Source: an uncultured Methanosarcinales archaeon
GTDB lineage: Archaea; Nanobdellota; Nanobdellia; Woesearchaeales; GW2011-AR9
Reading direction: 5' to 3'
Assembly: GCA_964552945.1 (NCBI GenBank)
Contig: CAZKIP010000001.1
Coordinates: forward strand, 142,109 to 206,108
Length of the DNA: 64,000 nt
Below the pieces are notes generated by a model. It ran no database searches and was not told the DNA's origin. It worked only from the letters and a program-made list of their open reading frames with translations. Both the position numbers and the translations under genes were made by a program. Of this stretch, positions 54,165 to 63,532 are shown one piece after another (within the stretch, counting starts at the first letter, position 1; the number at the start of each line of letters is the position of its first letter).

Positions 54165-54785
54165 TTATGGCCTCATCCATCTTATCTCGTAGTAAGTAAC
54201 ATCATTTTCGTCATCAACTACTCCTAAAAGAAGCCTTTTTTTAGTCGAATGAGCAACTCTGTTCTTAGCACTAAACTCATGCCAAGTAAAAACACTAGCC
54301 TCATGGACTGGAAAAACAATCCATTTGGCATGATCTTCCCCAGGTTTAACTCCCCTGTCGTATACCCTAAAATCTGCACCAAACTTTAGAGCTGTTTTGA
54401 TAATGTAACCCCTATTTCTCATGTTTTTAAAAACACTATATCTTATCCAAAAATTTGGTTCAACTTTTCTTGCTTTCTTAACATATAACTCAAAACTGGT
54501 TTTTCTTCCACTTTCGCCTTTGATAAGCAAGCGCCCTTTTTCCATTAAATATAGAGCTTCCAAGAGAGATAGTTCTACTTTACCATTTTCTGTCATGGTA
54601 CCAAATCTAGATTGGTTATAGAATTCTCTAGCTTCATCAGAAGACTCAGTTACAACTCTCTCACCAGAAAGAATGCCAATAACTTCTTTCTTCTTTGCCT
54701 GCTTTTCAGGCTGTTTCTTCTTTTCTACAATAGTTTCAGACTTTGCTGCTTTTGCAGATGTTTTTTTTGTTTTTGTTTTTGCCAT
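54165..54785 (-). CDS. endA: tRNA-splicing endonuclease EndA with polybasic N-terminal extension
   Basis: LSLLEALYLMEKG, RGYIIKTALKFGADFRVY, HAKWIVFPV. The N-terminal 35 aa are K/A/T-rich. Confidence 0.85.
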   Translation of the reverse strand: MAKTKTKKTSAKAAKSETIVEKKKQPEKQAKKKEVIGILSGERVVTESSDEAREFYNQSRFGTMTENGKVELSLLEALYLMEKGRLLIKGESGRKTSFELYVKKARKVEPNFWIRYSVFKNMRNRGYIIKTALKFGADFRVYDRGVKPGEDHAKWIVFPVHEASVFTWHEFSAKNRVAHSTKKRLLLGVVDDENDVTYYEIRWMRP

Positions 54786-54803
54786 GATAGCTTAGAAAAG
54801 GAC

Positions 54804-55481
54804 TTATTTTAAAAATTTATGCTTATTTTCGCTCCAGCTCCAAAATGCTTCCTTTCCAATAATCACGTGATCCAAAAGTTCAATGCCAATAATTTCAGAA
54901 GTTTCCTGGAGTTTTTTTGTTACAAACAAATCTTCCTCAGAAGGAGCCGGATCTCCAGAAGGATGGTTATGGATAACAATTAATGAACGAGCAAGGTTTT
55001 TGATTGCCCCATGAAAAACTTCCCTAGGATGGATTAAAGAAGCATCAAGGATGCCTTTAGTGATAGTTTTATCACAAATAACCTTGTTTTTGGTATCTAA
55101 ATACACTGCAATGAAATGTTCTTGCTTTAAATCAGCTAATTTTGGATGATAAAGATTGTAAATATCACTTGCAGAAATTATTTCTTTTGTTTTTGAAGGA
55201 ATCTGTTTAATTCTATTATATAATTCAAATAGAGCAATAATCTGGCAAGCTTTAGCTTTTCCAATGCCATGTTCCTGAGATAATTCCTGTAAGGTGCATG
55301 AATGGAGATTTTCTAAACCATATTTTGCCAGAAGTTTACTTGAAATTTCTAAGACATTTTCTTTTTTTGTACCAGATTTTAGAATAATTCCTAAAAGTTC
55401 AGCAGTTGAAAGAGAAGCAACACCTTGATTCTGTAATCTCTCCCTTGGTCGATTATCTTTAGAGAGATTAGTTATCTTCAT
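54804..55481 (-). CDS. radC: RadC-like JAB/MPN domain protein
   Basis: HhH N-terminus (LSTAELLGIIL) and HNHPSGDPAPSEED JAMM motif. Confidence 0.85.
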   Translation of the reverse strand: MKITNLSKDNRPRERLQNQGVASLSTAELLGIILKSGTKKENVLEISSKLLAKYGLENLHSCTLQELSQEHGIGKAKACQIIALFELYNRIKQIPSKTKEIISASDIYNLYHPKLADLKQEHFIAVYLDTKNKVICDKTITKGILDASLIHPREVFHGAIKNLARSLIVIHNHPSGDPAPSEEDLFVTKKLQETSEIIGIELLDHVIIGKEAFWSWSENKHKFLK

Positions 55482-55493
55482 TTTAATAATAAA

Positions 55494-56192
55494 TTATTTT
55501 TTCATATAATGCTTTCTTTTTTCTTCTGAAAATTTTTCTATTGCATACCTTAACATTGTTCGAGGCATTTCCTTATGATACTTAGAAAGAAATTTTTCTT
55601 CAACTTTCTGATCTCTTTTTCCAATCTCTCTTAACATCCAACCCACCGCTTTGTGAATCAAATCATGATTATCATGAAGAAGTATTTCAGAAATTTTTAA
55701 AGTGTCATCAAAATCATTATTTACAATGAAAGCGGCTGTAGCTAAAATTGCAATTCTTTTTTTCCAGATGTTTTTAGATTTGGCCAAAGTATATAGAATT
55801 TTTCTATCTTTATCCAAAAGGTAATCTCCAACAATTTTTGGAGATGATAGATCAATAAGATCCCAATTGTTAATATATTTCGTATTGTTTAGATACGTTT
55901 CAAAAACAAGTTTTTTATCTTCTTCAGTACCTTTTTTATAATGATTAATGAGAATAAATAAAGCAGTTAAGCGATGTTCGTGAATTTTACTATGTAGCAA
56001 TTCCTTCGTTTCTTTAATCGAAAGATGGTAAAACTTTTTAGCAAGTTTCCTCTGTTCAGGAACTTTAATTCCTAAAAAAAGGTCTCCTTCACCATATTGT
56101 CCCTTTCCAGTTTTAAAGAAGCGTTGTAAATTCTTAGCTTGCTCAGGATTTGCTAATTTCTGAAATTCTTTTTTCATCTCATCTAAAGACAT
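55494..56192 (-). CDS. DNA alkylation repair protein (AlkD-like HEAT-repeat family)
   Basis: NLQRFFKTGKGQYGEGDLFLGIKVPEQRKLAKKF ... NNWDLIDLS ... AVGWMLREIGK. Confidence 0.75.
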   Translation of the reverse strand: MSLDEMKKEFQKLANPEQAKNLQRFFKTGKGQYGEGDLFLGIKVPEQRKLAKKFYHLSIKETKELLHSKIHEHRLTALFILINHYKKGTEEDKKLVFETYLNNTKYINNWDLIDLSSPKIVGDYLLDKDRKILYTLAKSKNIWKKRIAILATAAFIVNNDFDDTLKISEILLHDNHDLIHKAVGWMLREIGKRDQKVEEKFLSKYHKEMPRTMLRYAIEKFSEEKRKHYMKK

Positions 56193-56263
56193 TTCTACTA
56201 AAGAGTTAGATTTATTTAAAATATTATTGGTATTGTAGAAATAAGTAAATTAAATTCAAAAAA

Positions 56264-56890
56264 TTATTTTAACGCTTCTTTTATTTCTTTCATAGCTTTC
56301 TTAGGGTTATCAGATTTAGAAATAAAACTTCCGGAAACAAAACAATCTGCTCCAGCTTTGGCTGCATCTCCAATAGTAGTAGGGTTCATTCCCCCGTCTA
56401 CTATTACTTCAATAGAAGGATTGCCTCTTTTAATTTGAGCTATTTTTTTCAAAGGAGATTTAAGGTATCTTGCGCCATAAAATCCCGGATGGACTGTGAG
56501 AACAAGAACAACGTCAATATCATCAATATAGGGTCTAATGGTAGAATAATTAGTTTCTGGTTTCAAAGCAAAACCTACTTTGTAATCTCTTTCCTTCATC
56601 CAAGAGATGTATCCGGCTATATCAGATATCTCTTCAACTTGAGGTATGCAAACCTCCATTTGATCTCCATATGTTTCAATCCATTTCCGAGGGTTCTTAA
56701 TCATTAAATGGGCATTATAACTGAACTTTGAACTTAATCGTAAAGGGAAATTTAGGGCAGTTCCTGGCACAGCTTTTCCATCAGCAATGTCTAAGTGTAG
56801 TTCTGGAGCAACACCTTCTAACTTTGTAAATAGAGAATCCATCTCTTCTTGGCTTTTAGCCATAACTGAAGGGTATATTTTATGTTTCAT
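56264..56890 (-). CDS. rpe: Ribulose-phosphate 3-epimerase
   Basis: HLDIADG, TVHPGFYG, VDGGMN. Start taken at ATG 56890. Confidence 0.75.
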   Translation of the reverse strand: MKHKIYPSVMAKSQEEMDSLFTKLEGVAPELHLDIADGKAVPGTALNFPLRLSSKFSYNAHLMIKNPRKWIETYGDQMEVCIPQVEEISDIAGYISWMKERDYKVGFALKPETNYSTIRPYIDDIDVVLVLTVHPGFYGARYLKSPLKKIAQIKRGNPSIEVIVDGGMNPTTIGDAAKAGADCFVSGSFISKSDNPKKAMKEIKEALK

Positions 56891-56897
56891 TTTAGAT

Positions 56898-57500
56898 CTA
56901 CTTTTTTCTTTTAGTTCCAGCACTTTTTATAATTATTAAATCATCTTTAAAACTTGTGATAAATGAATCAAGTAATTTTCTTCTTCGTTCTGCTAACCTT
57001 TTGCCTGTTTTAGTATGAAACTTTTTTGCATACTCTAAGCTAGTTTCTATTCTCTTTACAATTTCGCTGTAATCCCTTTTTTTCAATCCGCCATAATAAA
57101 AATAGCTAGCGATTCTAACTGGGCTTAGACGATCTAAAGTGTCTGCATCTCTAATTATTTTTGCTTCAATTAATTCTGGATTTATACTCTCATCATAGCA
57201 ATGTTGTTTCACGCAATAAATGATTTTTTCTTTCTTCTCTGGAGATAATTTGAAATTCTTTAATATTTTTTCAGAAATTTCTCCCCCTATAATTGCATGA
57301 TGATTCCCTTCAAAATCTTTATACTTTCCAACATCGTGTAAGAGAGCGGCGAATTTGACGATATTTAAATCTGCCTTTTCTTTTTCTGCTAAGAATGTAG
57401 CTGTTTTGAAGACTCTTAAAGTGTGATTTAATCTATCTGGGTTTGCCTTTAACAAATAAGGTGTAACCAATTTAAACAACTTTTTTGTTCTTTTATCCAT
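56898..57500 (-). CDS. HD-domain phosphohydrolase
   Basis: HTLRV...AALLHDVGK...RDADTLD. Confidence 0.75.
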   Translation of the reverse strand: MDKRTKKLFKLVTPYLLKANPDRLNHTLRVFKTATFLAEKEKADLNIVKFAALLHDVGKYKDFEGNHHAIIGGEISEKILKNFKLSPEKKEKIIYCVKQHCYDESINPELIEAKIIRDADTLDRLSPVRIASYFYYGGLKKRDYSEIVKRIETSLEYAKKFHTKTGKRLAERRRKLLDSFITSFKDDLIIIKSAGTKRKK

Positions 57501-57521
57501 TTTCAAATTGTAGAAATAATT

Positions 57522-57986
57522 CTAATTCTCATATTTCTTAATCTTAGCTATTCTTCTTTTGTGTCTTGTTGCTTTAGAAAAGGGTGTATTCAAAAAAGCA
57601 GTAATCATCTTAGTTGCTAAATTAAAAGGTATTGAAGCCTGTTTTTTTACAGAACCACCACCTGCAATACAAATAATATTAGCACCTTCATGTTCCCTAG
57701 CTAATTTAGTTTGGTTTAAACCATGAGGATTAACTGCTAAAGCACCTTTAACTTTGTTAGCAGCAATACATACTCCTTCAGCACTTCCACAAAGAAGAAT
57801 GCCTTTAGTCTTACCCTTAACAACTTTCTCTGCCAAAGGAATAGCATAATCAGGATAATCATCTTTCATATCTAAAACGAGATTTCCCACGTCTTCATAA
57901 TTAATTTTTTTTGAATCTAACCATTTCTTTAATTTCTCTTTCAACTTAAATCCTGCATGGTCCGCTCCAATGTATATCTTTTTCAT
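57522..57986 (-). CDS. rpiB: Ribose-5-phosphate isomerase B (RpiB/LacAB family)
   Basis: KIYIGADHAGFKLKE; GILLCGSAEGVCIAANK; ...LAREHEGANIICI. Confidence 0.85.
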   Translation of the reverse strand: MKKIYIGADHAGFKLKEKLKKWLDSKKINYEDVGNLVLDMKDDYPDYAIPLAEKVVKGKTKGILLCGSAEGVCIAANKVKGALAVNPHGLNQTKLAREHEGANIICIAGGGSVKKQASIPFNLATKMITAFLNTPFSKATRHKRRIAKIKKYEN

Positions 57987-57987
57987 C

Positions 57988-58902
57988 TTATGCCTTTCCT
58001 CTACTACCAAACAACTTGATTCGTTCCTCCGCTACTTTTCTTATTTTCTCTCTTGCAGGTCCCAAAATATGGCGAGGGTCAAAATCTTTTGGTTTCTGTT
58101 TCAAAAACTTACGAACAGCTGCATCAAAAGCCAATCTTAAATCTGTGTCGGTATTAATCTTATTTATCCCATTCTTAATAGCCTTTTTTATCTGAGAATT
58201 AGGCACTCCGTAAACTCCACTTAATTTGGCGCCATATTTCTGTGCTTGCTTAACAACTTTCTCTGGAACACCAGAAGCGCCGTGAAGAACTAAAGGAACT
58301 TTCACTTTCTTTTTAATTTCTTTGAGAATGTCATGCCTTAAATCCGCTTTACCTTTAAATTTGTAAGCTCCATGAGAGGTACCAATAGCTACAGCAAGAA
58401 AATCACAGCCAGTTCTTTTTACAAACTCTGATGCCATTTCGGGATTGGTATAAATTATTTTTCTGGCAGAAACTAAATCTTCTGTTCCTCCAATTGTTCC
58501 AAGTTCTGCTTCTACTGAAATTCCTTTTTTATGCGCTAATTTTACTATTTTCTTCGTAATCTTAACATTGTCTTCAAAATCCAAATGAGAACCATCAAAC
58601 ATTACAGAAGAGTAACCCAGCTTGACACATTTTTTGATAGTATCTAAATCTCTCCCATGATCTAAATGTAAAGCAATTGGTATCTTGGCCAGTTCTGAAG
58701 CAGTTTTCGTAAGTTCGTAGAGAAAATTAATCCCTGCGTATTTTATAGCACCTTCAGAAGTTGCCAGAATCAAAGGAGATTTTAGATTAACTCCAGCTTG
58801 CACAACTCCCTGTAAAATTTCCATGTTGTTAATATTGAAGTGTGGAACAGCATAATTACCTTTATGCGCTTTGTACAGGATTTTTTTAGTTGATGCTAGC
58901 AT
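57988..58902 (-). CDS. fba: Class II (metal-dependent) fructose-bisphosphate aldolase
   Basis: YAVPHFNINNME, ALHLDHG, GTSHGAYKF, LVLHGASG. Confidence 0.85.
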   Translation of the reverse strand: MLASTKKILYKAHKGNYAVPHFNINNMEILQGVVQAGVNLKSPLILATSEGAIKYAGINFLYELTKTASELAKIPIALHLDHGRDLDTIKKCVKLGYSSVMFDGSHLDFEDNVKITKKIVKLAHKKGISVEAELGTIGGTEDLVSARKIIYTNPEMASEFVKRTGCDFLAVAIGTSHGAYKFKGKADLRHDILKEIKKKVKVPLVLHGASGVPEKVVKQAQKYGAKLSGVYGVPNSQIKKAIKNGINKINTDTDLRLAFDAAVRKFLKQKPKDFDPRHILGPAREKIRKVAEERIKLFGSRGKA

Positions 58903-58977
58903 TATTGCCTCTTTTTTATGAAGGAAAGAAGTTAGAGTTTATAAAAATAATCCCCTAGTTTCTAAGTAGATAAAATA

Positions 58978-59736
58978 TTATTTAACCCAAACAGAATCAA
59001 AGAATTTTCTATACCTCCTTGCATTTTGTTTTGATTTAATATCAAATGCAGTTGCCTTTTCATCAGCTATAATGGTTATTACATGATCCTTGAATATAAA
59101 AACCCCTGCAGGAAAAGGAACATCAACAAATTTTATTATATCCTTTTTCCCGTATAATTTTGAAAAATCATACATTGATTTGAGAGACTTTTCTCTTTTT
59201 TTGTTAATAATTAGTTTTAGTTTAATTTTTTTCTTTCTCCTCAAATCGTGATAAAATTTGAAAAAACTGATAAAAGATTTATTTGATAGTAATTCATCTA
59301 ATCCAAAAACACAAATTTCATTTTTTTCAATATTATTATCGAATAAATCATGAAATAGTGATCGTAAACCCCTAAATCCTTCAAATACTCTACTATGTTG
59401 TACATTTTCGAGTTCATTTTGTTTTGCTAATAAGGAAGGAATTATTTTTTTTATTTTTTCTTTTTCTTCTTCCAATAACCTTACTTTATTGTTTACAAAT
59501 TCCAATATACTGTTAGGATGGGTGGCTGAGAAATTTCTTCTCCCATCTTTTACAACATGGCTTACCAAACCTTTTTCAATTAACTTTTCTAAAATAGGAT
59601 ATACTTTAGCATGCGTTACTCTTGATTTCTTAGAGATTGGACCCACAGTAGTTTCTCCAAGTTCAAATAGAGAGTAATATACTTTGATTTCTCCATCTGT
59701 AAGTCCCAATTCTTTTAGCACTAGTTTGTTTTCCAT
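58978..59736 (-). CDS. TrmB-family transcriptional regulator (second copy)
   Basis: LKELGLTDGEIKVYYSLFELGETTVGPISKKSRVTHAKVYPILEKLIEKGLV. Start at ATG 59736 with AAGGGAG Shine-Dalgarno. Confidence 0.75.
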   Translation of the reverse strand: MENKLVLKELGLTDGEIKVYYSLFELGETTVGPISKKSRVTHAKVYPILEKLIEKGLVSHVVKDGRRNFSATHPNSILEFVNNKVRLLEEEKEKIKKIIPSLLAKQNELENVQHSRVFEGFRGLRSLFHDLFDNNIEKNEICVFGLDELLSNKSFISFFKFYHDLRRKKKIKLKLIINKKREKSLKSMYDFSKLYGKKDIIKFVDVPFPAGVFIFKDHVITIIADEKATAFDIKSKQNARRYRKFFDSVWVK

Positions 59737-59817
59737 TTTATTACTCCCTTGGGAGGAAGCAATATTTAAATGTTTTGATGTTGTCACATGATCAGAATAA
59801 ATAAAAAGGAGAAACAA

Positions 59818-60831
59818 ATGAAAAAAATTATACTTTTAATAACAATCTGTACTCTTGCTATCATTTTATTAGGATGTAATAATGATAAAATTGCGGGCCA
59901 AGCAATTCTACAAAAAGAAAAAATTTCAGTTCGACTCCCTGTTCCGGTGATGGGGGCTCATTTTGCTCAATATTTCTCGGCAGTTGATCAAGGATTTTAT
60001 GATGAACAGAAATTAGATGTTAATTTTAACTTTGGTACGCCAGAAACTAACCCTATCAAAATGGTTACTGCAGGTATTGATGATATTGGACTAATTGGAA
60101 GTCCTGAAACACTCTTGATTGCTAGATCAAAGGGAATTCCTGTTAAAGCGATTGCTACTTTCCACAGAAATTCTGATTTTTTTGTTATTGTAACGAAAAA
60201 AAGTTCAAATATCAAAAAAGTTGAAGATCTTGAAGGAAAAAAAGTGGGATTTTTTTATGGACATAGTTCAACCGACATTATAAGACACTTGCTTAACAAA
60301 TACAATGTTAATATAAAAGAAATCAATGTGGGCCAAGATTATAGCCAATTTATTGCTGGACATCTCGATGCACAGTTTGCATTTAGAACAATTGCTGAAG
60401 TAACACTTCCAGAAAAAGGAGTCAAATTAAATATAATCTCACCTGCAAACCATGGGATAAATACTCACGGATTAACATTATTTGCAACTGAAAAAACTAT
60501 TAATGAAAAACCAAAACTAATTGAAAATTTCCTTAGAGCAACATTCAAAGGAACAAGTTTTACAATAGAAAATCCTAATGAAGCATTAGAGTCTATTCTA
60601 AAGAGGAATTCAAAACTAGACTTAGGCTCTCAGCGAAAGATATGGGATATTTTTTCCAAACCAATGAGTAATTCAAGAGAATATCCAATTGGACACATGG
60701 ATTATGAGATGTACAAAGAAACTTACGATAGATTAAATGAAGAAGGCCTGTTAAAGAAAGAATATAATGTCAATGATGTTTTTACTACTGAGTTCTTAGA
60801 AAATATACACGGGAAAAAACTTCTTAGTTAG
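59818..60831 (+). CDS. ABC transporter substrate-binding lipoprotein, NMT1/THI5-like (NitT/TauT family)
   Basis: Lipobox AIILLGCNN. Fold-type pattern: ...FAQYFSAVDQGFYDEQKLDV...GIDDIGLIG. Confidence 0.7.
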   Translation: MKKIILLITICTLAIILLGCNNDKIAGQAILQKEKISVRLPVPVMGAHFAQYFSAVDQGFYDEQKLDVNFNFGTPETNPIKMVTAGIDDIGLIGSPETLLIARSKGIPVKAIATFHRNSDFFVIVTKKSSNIKKVEDLEGKKVGFFYGHSSTDIIRHLLNKYNVNIKEINVGQDYSQFIAGHLDAQFAFRTIAEVTLPEKGVKLNIISPANHGINTHGLTLFATEKTINEKPKLIENFLRATFKGTSFTIENPNEALESILKRNSKLDLGSQRKIWDIFSKPMSNSREYPIGHMDYEMYKETYDRLNEEGLLKKEYNVNDVFTTEFLENIHGKKLLS

Positions 60832-60834
60832 AAA

Positions 60835-61524
60835 ATGAACTCTGAACAAGAAGGTATGAATCAATTATTAGTAGACATATCAAATGCGCAAAATCATCCC
60901 AAAATAAGGATAGATATTGAACTTATTCCCCGTCATTATCTAAATGACTTTATAGTGAAGGAAGGTGTACTTAATCCAGACATAGTTACATCAAGATATC
61001 TTGCATCTTATTTATTTTGTAATAATGGCAAATATAAAGAAAAATCTCTCTGGGATATGGGATGTGGTTCAGGAATTCAAGGAGTTGTTGCATCTCTCAA
61101 TGGGGCGAAAAAAGTTATATTTAGTGACAATAATATTAAAGCAGTTCAAAACACAAGAGAGAATGTTAGAAATCTCAAGATTAATAATAAATCGGAAGTT
61201 TACCATTGTGATTTATTTGGAAAATCTACCGAAATTGTTGATATTATAATTTTTAATCACCCATTTTTCAGCACGCAAATTGATAATTTTAAAGGCATGG
61301 TTGTAGACAATGGTAAACTAATTCAAAGATTTTTATCAAAAGCTTCTGTACATTTAAGAAAAGATGGTTTTGTTATTATGCCTTTTTGTCATGCAGCAGG
61401 CCCCATAAACAACCCAAAAATCCTAGGACCAAAATGGGGATATACGGTAAATGAAGTTTTCACAACTACTTCTACTCTTAGATTAAATCCAGGTAAAATA
61501 TCAATATATGAGTTAAAAAGATGA
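60835..61524 (+). CDS. Class I SAM-dependent methyltransferase (MTS/PrmC/RsmC-like, NHPF motif)
   Basis: Motif [12 protein letters not shown] and motif [15 protein letters not shown] overlap with the ABC ATPase gene. Confidence 0.65.
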   Translation: MNSEQEGMNQLLVDISNAQNHPKIRIDIELIPRHYLNDFIVKEGVLNPDIVTSRYLASYLFCNNGKYKEKSLWDMGCGSGIQGVVASLNGAKKVIFSDNNIKAVQNTRENVRNLKINNKSEVYHCDLFGKSTEIVDIIIFNHPFFSTQIDNFKGMVVDNGKLIQRFLSKASVHLRKDGFVIMPFCHAAGPINNPKILGPKWGYTVNEVFTTTSTLRLNPGKISIYELKR

Positions 61525-62255
61525 TAGAAATTAAAGAAATAAGGAAAGAATGGATTAAAAATAACAATTCTATTGTTACAATAGACAACATTAGTTTATC
61601 AATAAAAAAAGGAGAGATCATTTCTATAATTGGTCCAAGTGGTTGTGGGAAAACAACTTTATTGAAAATAGTTACTGGTTTACTCTCCCCAAATTTTGGT
61701 TCTGTTAATATTGATTTTAAAGAAAGAAAGAGCAAATCTATACAGAAAATGGGTATTGTTTTTCAGAACCCAGTTCTCTTGCCCTGGAGAAACGTAAAAA
61801 ATAATGTTAATCTTCCAAATGAACTCAACAATACAAAAAATGATAATGTTCAAGAGATGATAAATTTAGTTGGGCTAAATGGATTTGAAAAACATTACCC
61901 CAGCGAATTATCTGGAGGCATGCAACAAAGAGTTTCAATTGCTAGATCTCTTGTCTTAAATCCTCATCTGTTGTTGATGGATGAGCCATTTGGAGCATTA
62001 GATGAGATTATTAGAAACAAATTAAATTTAGAATTGCTAAGAATTTCTAAAAAATTAAATTCAACAATATTGTTTGTCACACATTCTCTTCCAGAAGCAG
62101 TATTTCTTTCAGATAAAGTTGTTGTATTATCAAACAGGCCTGCTAAAGTCAAGGAAATTGTTGATATTAATCTTAACCGACCAAGGAAATTAGAGGTAAA
62201 AGAAAGTATAGAATTTCAAAAATATGTAAAATGGGTTCGAAAAGCAATAGAATAA
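61521..62255 (+). CDS. ABC transporter ATP-binding protein (NitT/TauT family)
   Basis: [29 protein letters not shown]. Confidence 0.9.
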   Translation: MIEIKEIRKEWIKNNNSIVTIDNISLSIKKGEIISIIGPSGCGKTTLLKIVTGLLSPNFGSVNIDFKERKSKSIQKMGIVFQNPVLLPWRNVKNNVNLPNELNNTKNDNVQEMINLVGLNGFEKHYPSELSGGMQQRVSIARSLVLNPHLLLMDEPFGALDEIIRNKLNLELLRISKKLNSTILFVTHSLPEAVFLSDKVVVLSNRPAKVKEIVDINLNRPRKLEVKESIEFQKYVKWVRKAIE

Positions 62256-62995
62256 AAATATTCATTCCGGCAATTGTAGCTTTTATTTCGATAGTAACAT
62301 TATGGGAGTTGATAGACCATTCTTTTAAAATTAAAGAGATTATCTTGCCCAACCCACATGAGATTTTTTTTTCATTCTTAAATAATTTTAATTTATTATT
62401 GTATCACACTTCAATAACCCTTCTGGAAGCTTTTTTAGGATTTGTATTAGCCACAATTATTTCATTTGTTGTTGCAACCATATTTACTTTTTTTCCAAAT
62501 ACAAAAAAAGCTTTTTATCCCTATGTTATCTTAATATACGCTGCACCGATGCTATCCTTTGCCCCGTTGATTATACTTTGGTTTGGGGAAGGATTACTCT
62601 CTAAAGTAGTCTTATCTTCCTTAGTTGCTTTTTTTCCAATAATGGTCAATTATATGAAAGGGTTAACTTCTTTAGAAAAAGAAAGCATAGAATTTTTCAA
62701 ATTAAATTATGCAACAAAATGGCAAACTTTTATTAAATTACGGCTACCAAATTCTTTAATTTATACCTTTCCTTCTTTAAAAGTATCTTCAACTCTTGCT
62801 GTAGCAGGAGCAGTTATTGCAGAATTTGCTAGTGCAACAAAGGGGATTGGATATTTAATTACAAATGCTTCTTATTATTTGGACACTGGTTTATTAATTT
62901 CTGGAATTATATCTATTTCATTTGCGGGAATTTTATTTTATTATATTATTGAATTTACAGAAAAAAGAGTTGTTTTCTGGAAAAAAGAACACTAA
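62231..62995 (+). CDS. ABC transporter permease (NitT/TauT family)
   Basis: 6 TM helices, with an EAA-like loop region ...[31 protein letters not shown]. Confidence 0.8.
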   Translation: MGSKSNRIKIFIPAIVAFISIVTLWELIDHSFKIKEIILPNPHEIFFSFLNNFNLLLYHTSITLLEAFLGFVLATIISFVVATIFTFFPNTKKAFYPYVILIYAAPMLSFAPLIILWFGEGLLSKVVLSSLVAFFPIMVNYMKGLTSLEKESIEFFKLNYATKWQTFIKLRLPNSLIYTFPSLKVSSTLAVAGAVIAEFASATKGIGYLITNASYYLDTGLLISGIISISFAGILFYYIIEFTEKRVVFWKKEH

Positions 62996-63088
62996 ATTCA
63001 ACCAAAAAATAATTCTAAATAAATTATATTAAAAAACAATAAAAAAGAAATTTAAAAAAAATTTTTATTCATCTCATTAAGAGAAAAA

Positions 63089-63466
63089 TCAAAAAAACAA
63101 TTCTTTAAGTCCCCACAATATTAAAACAATCCAAACTAAAACAACCAACTTGTTCTCTGAAAGAACATTTTTTGGTTTAATTGATTTAATCATCTTCTGA
63201 GCATATGGTGCAAAAGCCATTCCATACAAGAAAGCAGAAAATAGCATCACTGCAAAAATTGTTATTATATCTACTCCCGCCATATTTAAAAAATATAATA
63301 CAACAGCTGCTAAAATAAAAAATACTACTTGAAATGCTCTCGTGTTCTTAAACATACTTTTTGCAAAATTCATCCAACCTTCTGGCTTTATTGCCAAAGT
63401 AACCATTTTAATAACTCCAATTGCAATCACAATAAACGCTAATGTTTCTAAAATTCCAAATGCCAT
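63089..63466 (-). CDS. Small membrane protein (4 TM helices), unknown
   Basis: ORF track; hydrophobic throughout. Confidence 0.45.
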   Translation of the reverse strand: MAFGILETLAFIVIAIGVIKMVTLAIKPEGWMNFAKSMFKNTRAFQVVFFILAAVVLYFLNMAGVDIITIFAVMLFSAFLYGMAFAPYAQKMIKSIKPKNVLSENKLVVLVWIVLILWGLKELFF

Positions 63467-63532
63467 AATATCACCTCGTTTTTACTTAGAAGGAAAAGAA
63501 GGTTTTTATACTTTTCTTTATTACTAACCTAA

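Noticed and set aside
1260-62152. Many 60-147-aa ORFs in the track lying antisense to, or out of frame within, long conserved genes. Examples: 1260-1502, 3950-4258, 8256-8474, 11193-11522, 16624-16923, 24956-25267, 30577-30978, 37863-38138, 49023-49451, 53389-53832, 61478-61735.
   Set aside because: These are shadow ORFs. Each is fully covered by a gene with clear family motifs on the other strand or frame. Their translations are low-complexity S/L/F/I-rich, as expected from antisense Lys/Glu-rich coding sequence.
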